Notes under the pieces: model-generated
Databases searched by the model: none
Told to the model about the DNA's origin: nothing
Seen by the model: the letters and a program-made list of their open reading frames with translations, nothing else
Assembly (NCBI GenBank): GCA_005889535.1
Contig: VBHC01000123.1
Location: 1-61,722, forward strand
From: Chloroflexota bacterium
GTDB taxonomy: Bacteria; Chloroflexota; Dormibacteria; CF-121
DNA: 61,722 bases
Reading direction: 5' to 3'
Program-made: the position numbers and the translations under genes
Shown: in pieces, positions 1-9,553 of the stretch
How positions within the stretch are numbered: position 1 is the first letter of the stretch
Layout of the letters: each line of letters begins with the position of its first letter

Positions 1-1454
1 TCGAACGCCGGGGTGACGCCGTGCTGCTGCGCCAGGATCATTGCATCGGCATAGGAGCTGGAGGTCAGATATCCAATGCCGGTCCAATCGTGGTAGTAGG
101 TCGGCAGGCCCAGCGTCGCCTTCTCCGGCGGCACCCCCTGCATCGAGAACTCCAGGGCCTGACGCATCCATGGGGTTCCGGAGACGGCGCCAGGGGGTGT
201 CACACCGTTGTGCTCGTCATACGTCATAAAGGACAGAAAGTCGGCCGCCTTCGCCAGCGCGGCGAAATCGTACGCGCCCGACCATTGACGGAAGTAGTTG
301 AGCAATGACCCGGTTGCACTGTCGTCGCCGGGCATCCGTGGAATGACCGCGATGGAGAGGTTGAGACCGGCCGGATGGAAGGCGCTGGCGCAATCCTTGA
401 CCAGCCCCGTGAGCAGGTCGCGATCGGTCCAGGGAATCTGCTCGAAGTCGAGCTGGAAGCCGGCATAGCCAAAGGCCTTTGCCTCCTTGACGAGGTTGCC
501 GCACAATGCGGTGCGAAGATTGGGATCGGCAAGGATCGCATGACCGACGCCAGGATCAACATCTTTATTGACGATCAGCGGGATGATGGCGACTCGGCTC
601 GCATGTGCGGCGTCGATGACGTCCCGCCTTGCATAACCGGTGATGCTGCCGTCGGCGTTTGCGTCGTACCAGGCGGGGCTGAGCACATCGATCTGACCCA
701 GGTGGGCCATGAGTGAGGCGCGGCCGTCATCCGTGTTGACGTAGTACATCTGGACCATGTGACCGGGCACTACCTGAGTGAGCGTCGAAGGAATGGAGAG
801 GCCGGCGCTCTGGAACTTGCGGCTGCGCGTCCCATCCGCGGCATTGATACCAGGGTCGATCATGACGACGGCGTGGTCGTTTAGACCGAAGCCGGTGGAC
901 ACCACGTCGACCGTCTGCGCATCGCGCCAGGTGAACGTCGGATTGCCCGTGACCGTGACGTGCGCCTGCGCCTGCGCCTGATCGGCGACCGCCCGAGAGA
1001 AACGAATGGTTGCCGCCACGCTGACCTGGGAATCGGCCTGAAGATGAAAGAGGTGCATCGACACCGCGGCGCTGAGCGGTGGCACAACCTGGAAGGCGGC
1101 GCGAATCTGCATGGCGCCGGCCGCCAGCTGCATCGTGTGGCGGCTGCCGAGTGCCAGGGGGCCGGGAATCGCGACGCGCAACACGGCGCCCCCCGCGGTG
1201 GCGGAGAGAGCAACCGGGCGCCCGTCCATAACCAGGTGCCAGTCACCGGGTTTCAGCGGACGGCTGACCCTGACGACCAGCTTTGGATGCGGCGACACCT
1301 GCGGCAGCGGCGCCGAGAGCACCGACGTCCCGTCGAGCTCCATGGCGTCGACATTGACGACCGGCATTGGATTCAGCTCGGTCGCCAGGAGGCCCCCCAG
1401 CAACAAGATTCCGGTGGTCATCGCCCCGGCGCCCACAAAGACCGGGAGGCGCAT
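1..1454 (-). CDS. GH18 glycosyl hydrolase (YaaH/SleL-like) with N-terminal anchor and Ig-like region; 3' end beyond window
   Basis: My translation of the minus strand (not in ORF track): ...YAGFQLDFE...GAYDFAALAKAADFLSFMTYDEH...LGLPTY, the GH18 catalytic and MTYD motifs. Confidence 0.85.
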   Translation of the reverse strand, partial: MRLPVFVGAGAMTTGILLLGGLLATELNPMPVVNVDAMELDGTSVLSAPLPQVSPHPKLVVRVSRPLKPGDWHLVMDGRPVALSATAGGAVLRVAIPGPLALGSRHTMQLAAGAMQIRAAFQVVPPLSAAVSMHLFHLQADSQVSVAATIRFSRAVADQAQAQAHVTVTGNPTFTWRDAQTVDVVSTGFGLNDHAVVMIDPGINAADGTRSRKFQSAGLSIPSTLTQVVPGHMVQMYYVNTDDGRASLMAHLGQIDVLSPAWYDANADGSITGYARRDVIDAAHASRVAIIPLIVNKDVDPGVGHAILADPNLRTALCGNLVKEAKAFGYAGFQLDFEQIPWTDRDLLTGLVKDCASAFHPAGLNLSIAVIPRMPGDDSATGSLLNYFRQWSGAYDFAALAKAADFLSFMTYDEHNGVTPPGAVSGTPWMRQALEFSMQGVPPEKATLGLPTYYHDWTGIGYLTSSSYADAMILAQQHGVTPAF

Positions 1455-1597
1455 GCGGCGCGAGTATCGCTGGCTGCCAGCACCCCGGCAAACGCTCGCT
1501 GTAGCACCAACTGAGGCTCAACCGTTAGGCGCTTACACCGGGACGCCGTTATCAGCTTTGCTGATTTGGTTCGCCAGCGCCGGGGTAGAAAAAAATC

Positions 1598-1918
1598 GTG
1601 GACGTGCTTGATATCCTCCGGCGACAGGCGGGTCGTTTCCAGTGCCCCAAGTGTGGGCAGAGCCTGGCCGAGTGCCAGCTCGAGATGGTGACTCACCACG
1701 ATGACCAGTCACTCGTCAAGGTGACGTGTGCCCACTGCCAGGACACTCGGCTGATCGCGGTCGCGTTCGCGGCCGAAACCGAAACCGAGGCGCCGGCAAT
1801 TGACGTTCGGGACGAGCCTGCCGAGGACCTCGGTGTTGCCATCAGCGCCGACGACGTCCTGGATGCCCGCCTGGCGCTGGCCGGCCACGCCGGCGATCTC
1901 GAGAGCCTACTTCGCTGA
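1598..1918 (+). CDS. Small zinc-ribbon-like hypothetical protein
   Basis: CPKC...CAHC pairs, acidic C-terminus. Confidence 0.7.
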   Translation: MDVLDILRRQAGRFQCPKCGQSLAECQLEMVTHHDDQSLVKVTCAHCQDTRLIAVAFAAETETEAPAIDVRDEPAEDLGVAISADDVLDARLALAGHAGDLESLLR

Positions 1919-2002
1919 TGCGACCTGTCACCAACCGGTAACAATCCAAAGCCGACAGCGCCTGTGCTGGACTTGACCCAACCTCGACCGTAAGATGACG
2001 CC

Positions 2003-2623
2003 GTGGAGAGGGGTCGGCGCCGCGCGCTGGCGGCAACCGTGCTTGCCGTCGCGGCCTGGGTGACGGGGAGCCTTGGGGCATCCGCCGGCCCGGCCGTGCC
2101 AACCTTCAGTCAACGATCGATGCAGTGGTCCCGGGAGGCCCTGGGCAGCGACCGGCTGGACACGATCGGGTCATCCGGCTGCGCGCTGACGGCGGTCACG
2201 ATGGTGACGGCCGCCTACGGTTACCCCACCAACCCGGGGACGCTGAACCGCTGGCTTACCGCAAACGGCGGCTACCTCGAGAATGACCTGCTGCTCTGGC
2301 GTCAGGCAGCGGCCGCGACCCAGGGATCGGTGCGCTGGAAGTGGCTGCACGTCCCGGGCATGGTGTCGCAGCTGCGCACCGACGACCAGGACATCGAAGA
2401 CCTACCGCCGCAATCCGTGGTGGAGGCCCAACTCGATGCTGGTCGCCTGGTCGTCGCCGAGGTGCGGCTCTACGGCGGCATGCACTTTGTGGTGATCACC
2501 GGCCATCGCGGCCAAACCCTCTACATCAACGACCCCTGGTACGGCGACCGCACCACTTTGCAGGCTCGCTACGGGAACTACCGGCAAGCGGTGCACTCGG
2601 CACAGGTCTACTACCGCAGTTAG
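2003..2623 (+). CDS. Secreted C39-like cysteine peptidase
   Basis: Signal peptide; Q...GCALTA, HFVVITG, YINDP motifs. Confidence 0.8.
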   Translation: MERGRRRALAATVLAVAAWVTGSLGASAGPAVPTFSQRSMQWSREALGSDRLDTIGSSGCALTAVTMVTAAYGYPTNPGTLNRWLTANGGYLENDLLLWRQAAAATQGSVRWKWLHVPGMVSQLRTDDQDIEDLPPQSVVEAQLDAGRLVVAEVRLYGGMHFVVITGHRGQTLYINDPWYGDRTTLQARYGNYRQAVHSAQVYYRS

Positions 2624-2635
2624 CGGCCCGGCGAG

Positions 2636-3124
2636 TCAGGCTGCGGCAAGTTCCTCGTCGTAACTGGCCGCGCCCCATTGGCGAGTCCGCTGGGCAATGG
2701 CGGCGGACAGGGTGGCAAACGTATCCGCGCGAAACAAGGCGCGATCCAATTTCAGGACCTGGCTGCCGGCCGCGATTTCGAGATGGCCACCCTGGCGGGT
2801 GATGACCTCGTTCATCCCCTGGACCCGGTCCCAGGGAACCAGCTGGGGCCGGCGATTGAGCCAGGCGTGGCCGACCGGGCGCAGCGCAATGCCTTCCCGC
2901 GTGACCGTCACCTCCATCCACTCGATGAAGAAGCTGTGGAAGAGCAACCCGACGCTGAACGCCAGACCGCAGCCCATCGCGATCGCGAGTGCAGCGAAGG
3001 ACCCATTGTGGGTCTCCGAGACTTCGACGACGGCCAGCACGAACCCCAGGGCGCAGGCGGCGATCGGGACACCGGGCCAGAGGATGACGAGCCGGTTCAG
3101 CGGGCTATCCGGCCGAAAGCTCAT
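2636..3124 (-). CDS. Membrane protein (2 TM plus PH-like beta domain)
   Basis: Two hydrophobic segments then EVTVTREGI...VPWDRV pattern. Confidence 0.6.
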   Translation of the reverse strand: MSFRPDSPLNRLVILWPGVPIAACALGFVLAVVEVSETHNGSFAALAIAMGCGLAFSVGLLFHSFFIEWMEVTVTREGIALRPVGHAWLNRRPQLVPWDRVQGMNEVITRQGGHLEIAAGSQVLKLDRALFRADTFATLSAAIAQRTRQWGAASYDEELAAA

Positions 3125-3254
3125 GCGTGCTCATAAACTATCGAGCGCAATCAAAGACAACATTTCGGCCATCGCATCGCTGCAGAGATGTTTCGCGGGT
3201 GTGACGAGCGCTTCCCGTCGCCGCCAAGCGCCGTTCCGGCCGGGGACTCTCTGC

Positions 3255-3602
3255 TTAGACGTCCAGCTCTTTGACGTCGAGCTCGCGCAGCTCCGCCGGA
3301 GCCTGCAGCCCGTTGTCCACCAGGATCCGGAGTAAACGCAACACGTAGCGGGCGCCGTTGAGATTGACGCCATGCTGGCGGGTCAGGGTCTGAATCGCCT
3401 GAAGTTTGCGGATGTCGCGCTGCGAAAAGCGACGGCGGTTGGTGGAGGTTCGCTTGGGGACGACGAGGCCCAGATGCTCGTACATCATCAGTGTTCGAGG
3501 ATGGGTCTGCAAAATCTCCGAGGCCACGCTGATGGTGTAGATCGGTTTGTCCAGCGAGAGGCTGGTGTCCGACGGTGCGCGGCGGGTTACTCCTTTAGCC
3601 AA
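3255..3602 (-). CDS. HspR-like MerR-family regulator (paralogue 1)
   Basis: YTISVASEIL..HPRTL..YE.LGL..P.RT..NRRRFS..D...GVNL.G; TTG start overlapping the upstream gene. Confidence 0.9.
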   Translation of the reverse strand: MAKGVTRRAPSDTSLSLDKPIYTISVASEILQTHPRTLMMYEHLGLVVPKRTSTNRRRFSQRDIRKLQAIQTLTRQHGVNLNGARYVLRLLRILVDNGLQAPAELRELDVKELDV

Positions 3603-4015
3603 TCCTCAATCCCCTCGGACAGACTGGTGGGCGTTGTGCGCGCCTTGATGAGGTACTCGTGGGCCCCCAGCCGCAACCCGCGCGCAACCAGATCCTCTTC
3701 ATCGTAATTAGAGAGGATGATAACCGGAATATCCCGCGTCTTCTCCTGCGCCCGCAATTTCCTCAACACTTCGAGCCCGTCCATTTTGGGGAGGCGGATG
3801 TCGAGGAAGATGATGTCGGGGGTCAGGTCGCCTGCTTTCTTCAGGCCGTCCTCGCCGTCGAGGGCGGTATTCACGCGATAACCATCGAGCTCCAACTTGA
3901 GGCGGTACATCTCCAGGACCGAGGGATCGTCTTCCACCAGGAGAACGTCGACCAGGTCCTCGTCGGTCTGGGTCGCCCGGCTCGCGCCGGCGCTGCGGCG
4001 CGTCTTACTTTCCAT
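3587..4015 (-). CDS. Single-domain response regulator (receiver only)
   Basis: LLVEDD, PDIIFLDIRLPKMDG, IILSN, YLIK. Confidence 0.9.
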   Translation of the reverse strand: MESKTRRSAGASRATQTDEDLVDVLLVEDDPSVLEMYRLKLELDGYRVNTALDGEDGLKKAGDLTPDIIFLDIRLPKMDGLEVLRKLRAQEKTRDIPVIILSNYDEEDLVARGLRLGAHEYLIKARTTPTSLSEGIEDWLKE

Positions 4016-4134
4016 AACACTCCCCTTGGCGCGAAGCAGTATAGACGAAGTCGGTGAATCTCGCCGCCCTTATGGAAAGGAATACGGTCCGATTACCCCG
4101 AGGCATACGACCGATCGCGTGGACATCCCCCAGA

Positions 4135-4162
4135 AAAGTTAAGGCCCTCCGAAGGGAGGGCC
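4135..4162 (-). terminator. Intrinsic terminator-like hairpin
   Basis: Minus strand GGCCCTCC-CTTC-GGAGGGCC followed by TTAACTTTT. Confidence 0.65.
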
Positions 4163-4191
4163 CGAAGAGGGGGGCAAGAGAACTAATGCGG

Positions 4192-4220
4192 ATTATAGGA
4201 AGGCCCGCGAGTCTTGTCAA
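4192..4220 (-). promoter_or_regulatory. Perfect sigma70/sigmaA consensus promoter
   Basis: Minus strand TTGACA (4220-4215), 17 nt spacer, TATAAT (4197-4192). Confidence 0.8.
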
Positions 4221-4338
4221 CAGGAGCACAGTCAGTAATTGTCCCGAGCCGACTGTCCCTAAACCCCGAACCCGGCGCATAACGATCCGCAAAAACGGTG
4301 AGCCAGGAAACCGGCAGCCCGCGGGATCCGCTCGGGCG

Positions 4339-4686
4339 CTAGACGTCGAGCTGCGACACGTCGATATCGCGAAGCTCGACCGGCGCGGAAAGCTGGTTCT
4401 CGTGCAGGAGCTTGAGCAGCTTCATGATGTAGCGCACGCCCGCGAGGTTGACCGAATGCTGCCGAGTCAGCTTCTGGATGGTCTGCAGCTTCATCACGTC
4501 GCGCTGCGAGAAGCGCCGGCGATTCGTCGATGTCCGCTTCGGCACGACCAGGCCGAGATGCTCGTACATCATCAGCGTCCTTGGATGAGTCTCCAGGATC
4601 TCCGACGCCACGCTGATGGTATAGATCGGCTTGTCGAGGGAGATGTTCGTGTCACGTCGGGTCTCACGCTTGACGGCGGTTACCAT
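4339..4686 (-). CDS. HspR-like MerR-family regulator (paralogue 2)
   Basis: Near-identical HTH to paralogue 1; GGAGG RBS. Confidence 0.9.
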   Translation of the reverse strand: MVTAVKRETRRDTNISLDKPIYTISVASEILETHPRTLMMYEHLGLVVPKRTSTNRRRFSQRDVMKLQTIQKLTRQHSVNLAGVRYIMKLLKLLHENQLSAPVELRDIDVSQLDV

Positions 4687-4848
4687 GCGGCCTCCAGTGC
4701 TTTTGTGCTTCCTGTATTGATAGCGTCCGCCGCGTGGACTCCGACGGCGAAATCGTGCTGAGTATAGGGGCGCAACGTGAGTAGGCTCAACGTAGGATTC
4801 GTAAATAGATGTGAACTCAGTTGAACGCCCACCCCCGGGCTAACGATA

Positions 4849-4877
4849 TGGACAGAACATCAGTGTGCTGCTATCAT
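4849..4877 (+). promoter_or_regulatory. Putative promoter of csbD-like gene
   Basis: TGGACA-17 nt-TATCAT with TGn extension. Confidence 0.5.
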
Positions 4878-4923
4878 ATTTGCTAACAGCGCCTTGTGGC
4901 GCTAAATCTACAGGAGGTGCCGC

Positions 4924-5112
4924 GTGGGCGAGTTTGGCGACAAGGCGGAAGGCGAAATGAAGGATGCCGGCGGGAAGCTGACCGGCGACAAGAAGATGGA
5001 ATGGGAAGGCAAGGCGCAGAAGGTGAAGGGCGATGTCGAAGGCGCGGGGCGTGAGATGACCGAAGGCGAGCCTGCGACGGACAAGCCGGTCGAGGGCGAG
5101 AAGGGCGTCTAG
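4924..5112 (+). CDS. CsbD-family stress protein
   Basis: DKAEG.MK...GKLTGD..ME.EGKAQK.KG; AGGAGG RBS. Confidence 0.85.
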   Translation: MGEFGDKAEGEMKDAGGKLTGDKKMEWEGKAQKVKGDVEGAGREMTEGEPATDKPVEGEKGV

Positions 5113-5127
5113 AGGCGAGGATCGCGC

Positions 5128-5154
5128 AAACCGGCCTTCGGGCCGGTTTTTTTA
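5128..5154 (+). terminator. Intrinsic terminator (possibly bidirectional)
   Basis: AAACCGGCC-TTCG-GGCCGGTTTTTTT. Confidence 0.85.
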
Positions 5155-5739
5155 TCGGGGAGTGGCCGGTGGGCGAGTACCGCCCGGTGGGGATGATTCC
5201 GCGGTCGCGGCTTCGGTGGAAACCTCGGGTCCCGCCCGCCGTCCCGCCTGGTAGCGGCCCGCGGGTCCCGCCTCGGGAGTGGATGGCCCGCCCCCACGCG
5301 GCCGAATATGGCTCAGGGTGGATTCCCGCAAGATCAAGAAGAGCAAGAGGGCAACCGACCCCAGGAGGAAATTCACGCTCAGCCACGCGCTTCCGATGGC
5401 AGGGGTAAAAAATCCGAGCACGAAACCGATCAGTGCCATGAAGAAGGCCGCGATGCTACCGATGTGCATGAACTCGTCCTGGAGGTGATGCCGCGGAAAC
5501 AGCTGCTGCAGACGGTCTTCCAGGGCGGACCGCGACCTGCCGCCCGATGGCAGGCCGGACGATCGAACCGGGCCGCTCGGCGGATCCGCTTGCGATTTCC
5601 CGCAGAACCGGCAAAACCGGGCACCCGCCTCAATGGGCTTGCCGCACTCCCGGCAAAAGATGGTTGCGCTCTTTTCGGCTGAGGCCGCGGCTGACAAAGC
5701 TGCCCCATTATAGGTTGGCGCTCTCCAGTTCGCGGCCAC
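5152..5739 (-). CDS. Zinc-ribbon membrane protein
   Basis: FCRECG...ARFCRFCG plus two TM segments; start uncertain. Confidence 0.7.
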   Translation of the reverse strand: MAANWRAPTYNGAALSAAASAEKSATIFCRECGKPIEAGARFCRFCGKSQADPPSGPVRSSGLPSGGRSRSALEDRLQQLFPRHHLQDEFMHIGSIAAFFMALIGFVLGFFTPAIGSAWLSVNFLLGSVALLLFLILRESTLSHIRPRGGGPSTPEAGPAGRYQAGRRAGPEVSTEAATAESSPPGGTRPPATPR

Positions 5740-5893
5740 CTCCCGGAGGGCGTAACCAAAGTCCCGGCGGGGCCGTTCGACAGAGGCAACCGGAACATTC
5801 TCGGACCCATCCCGTACAGAGGAGCTCCGCTTAGGTTACAATGGCTAAGTCAGATTTCCGTAGAGCAGTTACGGTACGTTTTAGGGGCCTGAA

Positions 5894-6088
5894 ATGATCA
5901 ACATCCGGCATGCGACCCACTCAGTCACCGCAGATGGCCTCTCGTCCCTCGCCGCTCGCCGACGGCAGATCCGGCGTCAGCGCCGGTCTACGGCGCGGGC
6001 GCTGGCGAGCGGACTGGGGTGGGGAGCGGTTATGCTCCTCTCTCTGTGGCTCCTGCTTTCGGGGATCTCCGGGTTTCTGAGCGCCTAG
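5894..6088 (+). CDS. Small basic membrane protein
   Basis: Arg-rich stretch and C-terminal TM; AGGGG RBS-like. Confidence 0.45.
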   Translation: MINIRHATHSVTADGLSSLAARRRQIRRQRRSTARALASGLGWGAVMLLSLWLLLSGISGFLSA

Positions 6089-8313
6089 CGGCTCGCCGGC
6101 GCACACAACGCCACGTAGACCGGTGGCGAAAGCGCAGCCGTGCCGACTTCCGTCGCACCGTGATCCTTGGTGTCGTGGTGGTGTTGCTCCTGCCCCTGAT
6201 GGGCATCCCCGCGATCACCGCCCAGGCCGTTGGACCCTTGCCCGCCGTCAGCGGCCTGTCGTCCAACAAGCTCCAGCAGGACACGCTGATCTACGACCGC
6301 CATGGGCAGCTGCTCGCCGACGTCGGCAAGGAGGGCAATCACCGGATCGTCGTGCCCCTCAACTACGTCTCGCCCTGGGTCGTGAAGGCGACCCTGGCCA
6401 CCGAGGACCGCACCTTCTACAGCAACAGCGGCATCGACGTCGGCGGCATTCTTCGGGCCGCGATCGCGAACTACCAGCACCATCACATTCAGCAGGGCGG
6501 GAGCACCATCAGCCAGCAGTTGATCAAGCAGGTCTACATCGGAAGCAACGCTCCAAACGACATCCAGCGCAAGATGAAGGAAGCGATCCTTGCCATCGAG
6601 CTGAACCGCGAATACAGCAAGAATCAGATCCTGGAGATGTATCTCAACACCATCTTCTACGGGAGCCAGACCTATGGGATCGAGGCGGCAGCACGCAGCT
6701 ACTTCCAGACCAACGCCCACGATGTGTCGCTGGCCCAGGCCGCCATGCTGGCCGGCCTCCCTCAGGCGCCGACGCGATACAACCCGGTCGTCAACTTCGC
6801 GTCCGCCAAACAGCGCCAGGCGCAGGTGCTGGCCGCCATGGTTGGCGAGAAGTTCATCACGGCGGCCGACGCCCAGGCTGCCTATGCCGTCAAGCTCCAG
6901 GTCTTCTCTCCCGTCACCAAGTTCGAGGCGCCCTACTTCGTCGACTACGTCTTGAAGACGCTCGCCAAGGACCACGGCATCAACTCCAGCGATCAGCGGG
7001 GCTATCGCGTCTACACCAGCCTCGACCTGAATCTCCAGCACATGGCGGAGAAAGTGGTGCGCGACCAGGTGGCGCAGAAGGGCGGTTTCTACAACTTCCA
7101 TGATGCGGCGCTGGTCAGCATGGACCCGAAAACCGGCCAGGTGCTCGCCATGGTCGGCGGCGTCGACTACAACCGACCCGGAGGCCAATTCAACTTCGCC
7201 TACGACGTCCCGCGCCCGCCCGGCTCGAGTTTCAAGATCTTCACCTACACGGCCGCCATCGAGAGCCGGAAAGTAAACATGCTGAGTCCGGTGCTCGACG
7301 CCCCGATGGTCTTCCCCACCGGTGGCGATGGTCCCGGCTACATGAGCGGATATGCGAAGTACATTCCGCAGAACTATGACCGCCGCTTTCACGGCACGCT
7401 GCCGCTCAAAATGGTGATGGGTAACTCGTTGAACATCCCCGCGCTGAAGGTTGAGCTGCGCACGGGCATCCCCGCGGTGGTCGACATGGCACACCGACTT
7501 GGCCTGACCTGTCTGGGCGAACCCTGCGACCGAAAACCCGCTGACTACGGCATGAGCCTGACGCTGGGCGCCTACCCCGTACGGCTGGCGGACATGGCGA
7601 CCGCGGCCTCAACGCTGGCGACGCTCGGCGTCCGCCACCGCGAAGCGCCAATCCTCAGCATCAAGGACGGACTGGGCCGCGCCGTCTACACATATGACCC
7701 GAAAACCGTGGAGTACCGGGCGGTCGACCCGGGCGTGGCCTTCATCATCGCGTCCATCATGTCCGACGACCGCAACCGTTGCCTTGAATTCGGCTGTGGC
7801 GGCGACCTTACCCTGGCTGGGCGCCACGTCGCCGCCAAGACCGGCACCACCAACGATTTCAAAGACAACTGGACGGTCGGTTTTACACCGAGCCTGGCGA
7901 CCGCCGTGTGGGTGGGAAACCCTGACAACAAGCCGCTCAGTCACAACTCGACCGGGATCGTCGGCGCCGCTCCCATCTGGCACAAGTTCATGACACAGGC
8001 ACTCGCCGGCAAACCGGATGAGTGGTACGGCGCAGTCCCGGCAGGCATCGACCAGATCGGGCAGAACTACTTCCTGACCGGCACCGAAAACCTGCCGAAG
8101 ACGCTGGCGCAGCCGTGGCCGCAATGCAAGCTCCCCGCGAACTACAGTCCCTACAGCCTGAGCTATTCGCAGATCACGGTGGATGGCGTCTACTGCGTCA
8201 TCAACGCGCCCAAGCCGCCGCCGGCGCCGACGCCTTCACCCGCGCCCAGCCCAACGCCTGACTGCCTGCCGGGTCTACCGCTTCCGCCCGGTCAGTGCAA
8301 GCCACATGACTAG
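6019..8313 (+). CDS. Class A penicillin-binding protein (transglycosylase-transpeptidase)
   Basis: EDRTFY, GGSTISQQL, RKMKE, SSFK, SLN, KTGTT; Pro-rich tail; true start probably further downstream. Confidence 0.95.
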   Translation: MGSGYAPLSVAPAFGDLRVSERLAARRRTQRHVDRWRKRSRADFRRTVILGVVVVLLLPLMGIPAITAQAVGPLPAVSGLSSNKLQQDTLIYDRHGQLLADVGKEGNHRIVVPLNYVSPWVVKATLATEDRTFYSNSGIDVGGILRAAIANYQHHHIQQGGSTISQQLIKQVYIGSNAPNDIQRKMKEAILAIELNREYSKNQILEMYLNTIFYGSQTYGIEAAARSYFQTNAHDVSLAQAAMLAGLPQAPTRYNPVVNFASAKQRQAQVLAAMVGEKFITAADAQAAYAVKLQVFSPVTKFEAPYFVDYVLKTLAKDHGINSSDQRGYRVYTSLDLNLQHMAEKVVRDQVAQKGGFYNFHDAALVSMDPKTGQVLAMVGGVDYNRPGGQFNFAYDVPRPPGSSFKIFTYTAAIESRKVNMLSPVLDAPMVFPTGGDGPGYMSGYAKYIPQNYDRRFHGTLPLKMVMGNSLNIPALKVELRTGIPAVVDMAHRLGLTCLGEPCDRKPADYGMSLTLGAYPVRLADMATAASTLATLGVRHREAPILSIKDGLGRAVYTYDPKTVEYRAVDPGVAFIIASIMSDDRNRCLEFGCGGDLTLAGRHVAAKTGTTNDFKDNWTVGFTPSLATAVWVGNPDNKPLSHNSTGIVGAAPIWHKFMTQALAGKPDEWYGAVPAGIDQIGQNYFLTGTENLPKTLAQPWPQCKLPANYSPYSLSYSQITVDGVYCVINAPKPPPAPTPSPAPSPTPDCLPGLPLPPGQCKPHD

Positions 8314-8340
8314 CGCCCCGACCGCTTCCCTGAGAGCGGC

Positions 8341-8715
8341 CTAGGCGATCCCCGGCTGGTCGGTGGAGGCTTTTTCGCCGCGGCCCTGCTCGCCGTCGCC
8401 GAAGGGCATCCGCTGGGCGAGCTCGCCGGCACGGTCACGGAGCTCGATGCCGCGCTGCATCAGGTCGTCTCGCATTTCCTCGCCGGTCTTGGGAGCGAGC
8501 AGTAAGGCGAGCCCGAAGCCGACAGCGACCCCGATCAACAGCCCGGTAACGAACCGCTCGACGCCGGCGTCTTCGTCCTGCGTGAGGCGGGTGCGCCGCA
8601 AGGCCGCCACCGCGTCCGTCAAACGGTCTTTCACCTCGAAATCCTGGGCCGCCTTGTTCGCGCGATCGAGCAGGTCGCTCAATCGGTCGATCGTCTTCTC
8701 CACGGTCTGATCCAT
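8341..8715 (-). CDS. YtxH domain protein
   Basis: G.LIG.AVG..LALLLAPKTGEEMR. Confidence 0.8.
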   Translation of the reverse strand: MDQTVEKTIDRLSDLLDRANKAAQDFEVKDRLTDAVAALRRTRLTQDEDAGVERFVTGLLIGVAVGFGLALLLAPKTGEEMRDDLMQRGIELRDRAGELAQRMPFGDGEQGRGEKASTDQPGIA

Positions 8716-8717
8716 CC

Positions 8718-8951
8718 TCATCCTCCTATGGGCGCCTGGCCCGGCTTTCTATTCCTGGAGCGCCCCGCCGAGGGAGGCGTAACCGGCGAAGCCGACCCGG
8801 CCCCGCCACTGTTGGCAGCCATCATGTCCTCCGCCTGACCCAGTAGGCGCGACACCCGCTGCCGGGTGCGCAGCCCGGACTCGGGCGCATAGAGCAACCC
8901 CAGGATGGCGCCCGCGATCGCGCCATGGGTCAGACCTCGCAAATATCCCAT
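8718..8951 (-). CDS. YtxH domain protein
   Basis: GAIAGAILGLLYAPESGLRTR. Confidence 0.75.
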   Translation of the reverse strand: MGYLRGLTHGAIAGAILGLLYAPESGLRTRQRVSRLLGQAEDMMAANSGGAGSASPVTPPSAGRSRNRKPGQAPIGG

Positions 8952-9163
8952 CTGGAAAACACGCTCCTCCCGCGCCAACCCCGCCCGGTACCGCCAAACG
9001 CTACGGCCATCGTACCACTTGCGTTTTTGCCGACCGACGCCGGTTTGGCGGCACGAAATTTCGGAATCTTGGGTGAACTTGGTTATACTTACCACCGGTG
9101 GAAAGGGGGGAAAGGTGACAGACGCGATGTTGACTTTCGCGATACGGCGTCCAAGGAGGGGAC

Positions 9164-9553
9164 ATGAGTGAAGTGGTCGATGAGGACGTTAACGTCCTCT
9201 TCATCGAAGATGACCCGGCCGTCGCCGAGATGTACAAGCTCAAGCTGGAGCTCGACGGCTACCGGGTTACCGTAGCCAAGTCCGGTGAGGAGGGCCTCGA
9301 CCACGCCAAGAACCAGGTGCCGGACATCGTGTTTCTCGACATCCGCCTTCCCAAGATGGATGGTTTTGCCGTCCTGGAGAATCTGCGCTCCGACAACGTG
9401 ACCAAGAACATCCCGGTCATCATCCTCTCCAACTACGGCGAAAAGGAGTTGGTCGACCGCGGTCTCAAGCTGGGCGCGCTCGACTACCTGATCAAGTCAG
9501 AGACCACGCCGGCAAGCCTCAGCCGTGGCGTACAGGATTGGGTCAAGGAATAG
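9164..9553 (+). CDS. Single-domain response regulator
   Basis: Close paralogue of 3587-4015; AAGGAGG RBS. Confidence 0.9.
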   Translation: MSEVVDEDVNVLFIEDDPAVAEMYKLKLELDGYRVTVAKSGEEGLDHAKNQVPDIVFLDIRLPKMDGFAVLENLRSDNVTKNIPVIILSNYGEKELVDRGLKLGALDYLIKSETTPASLSRGVQDWVKE

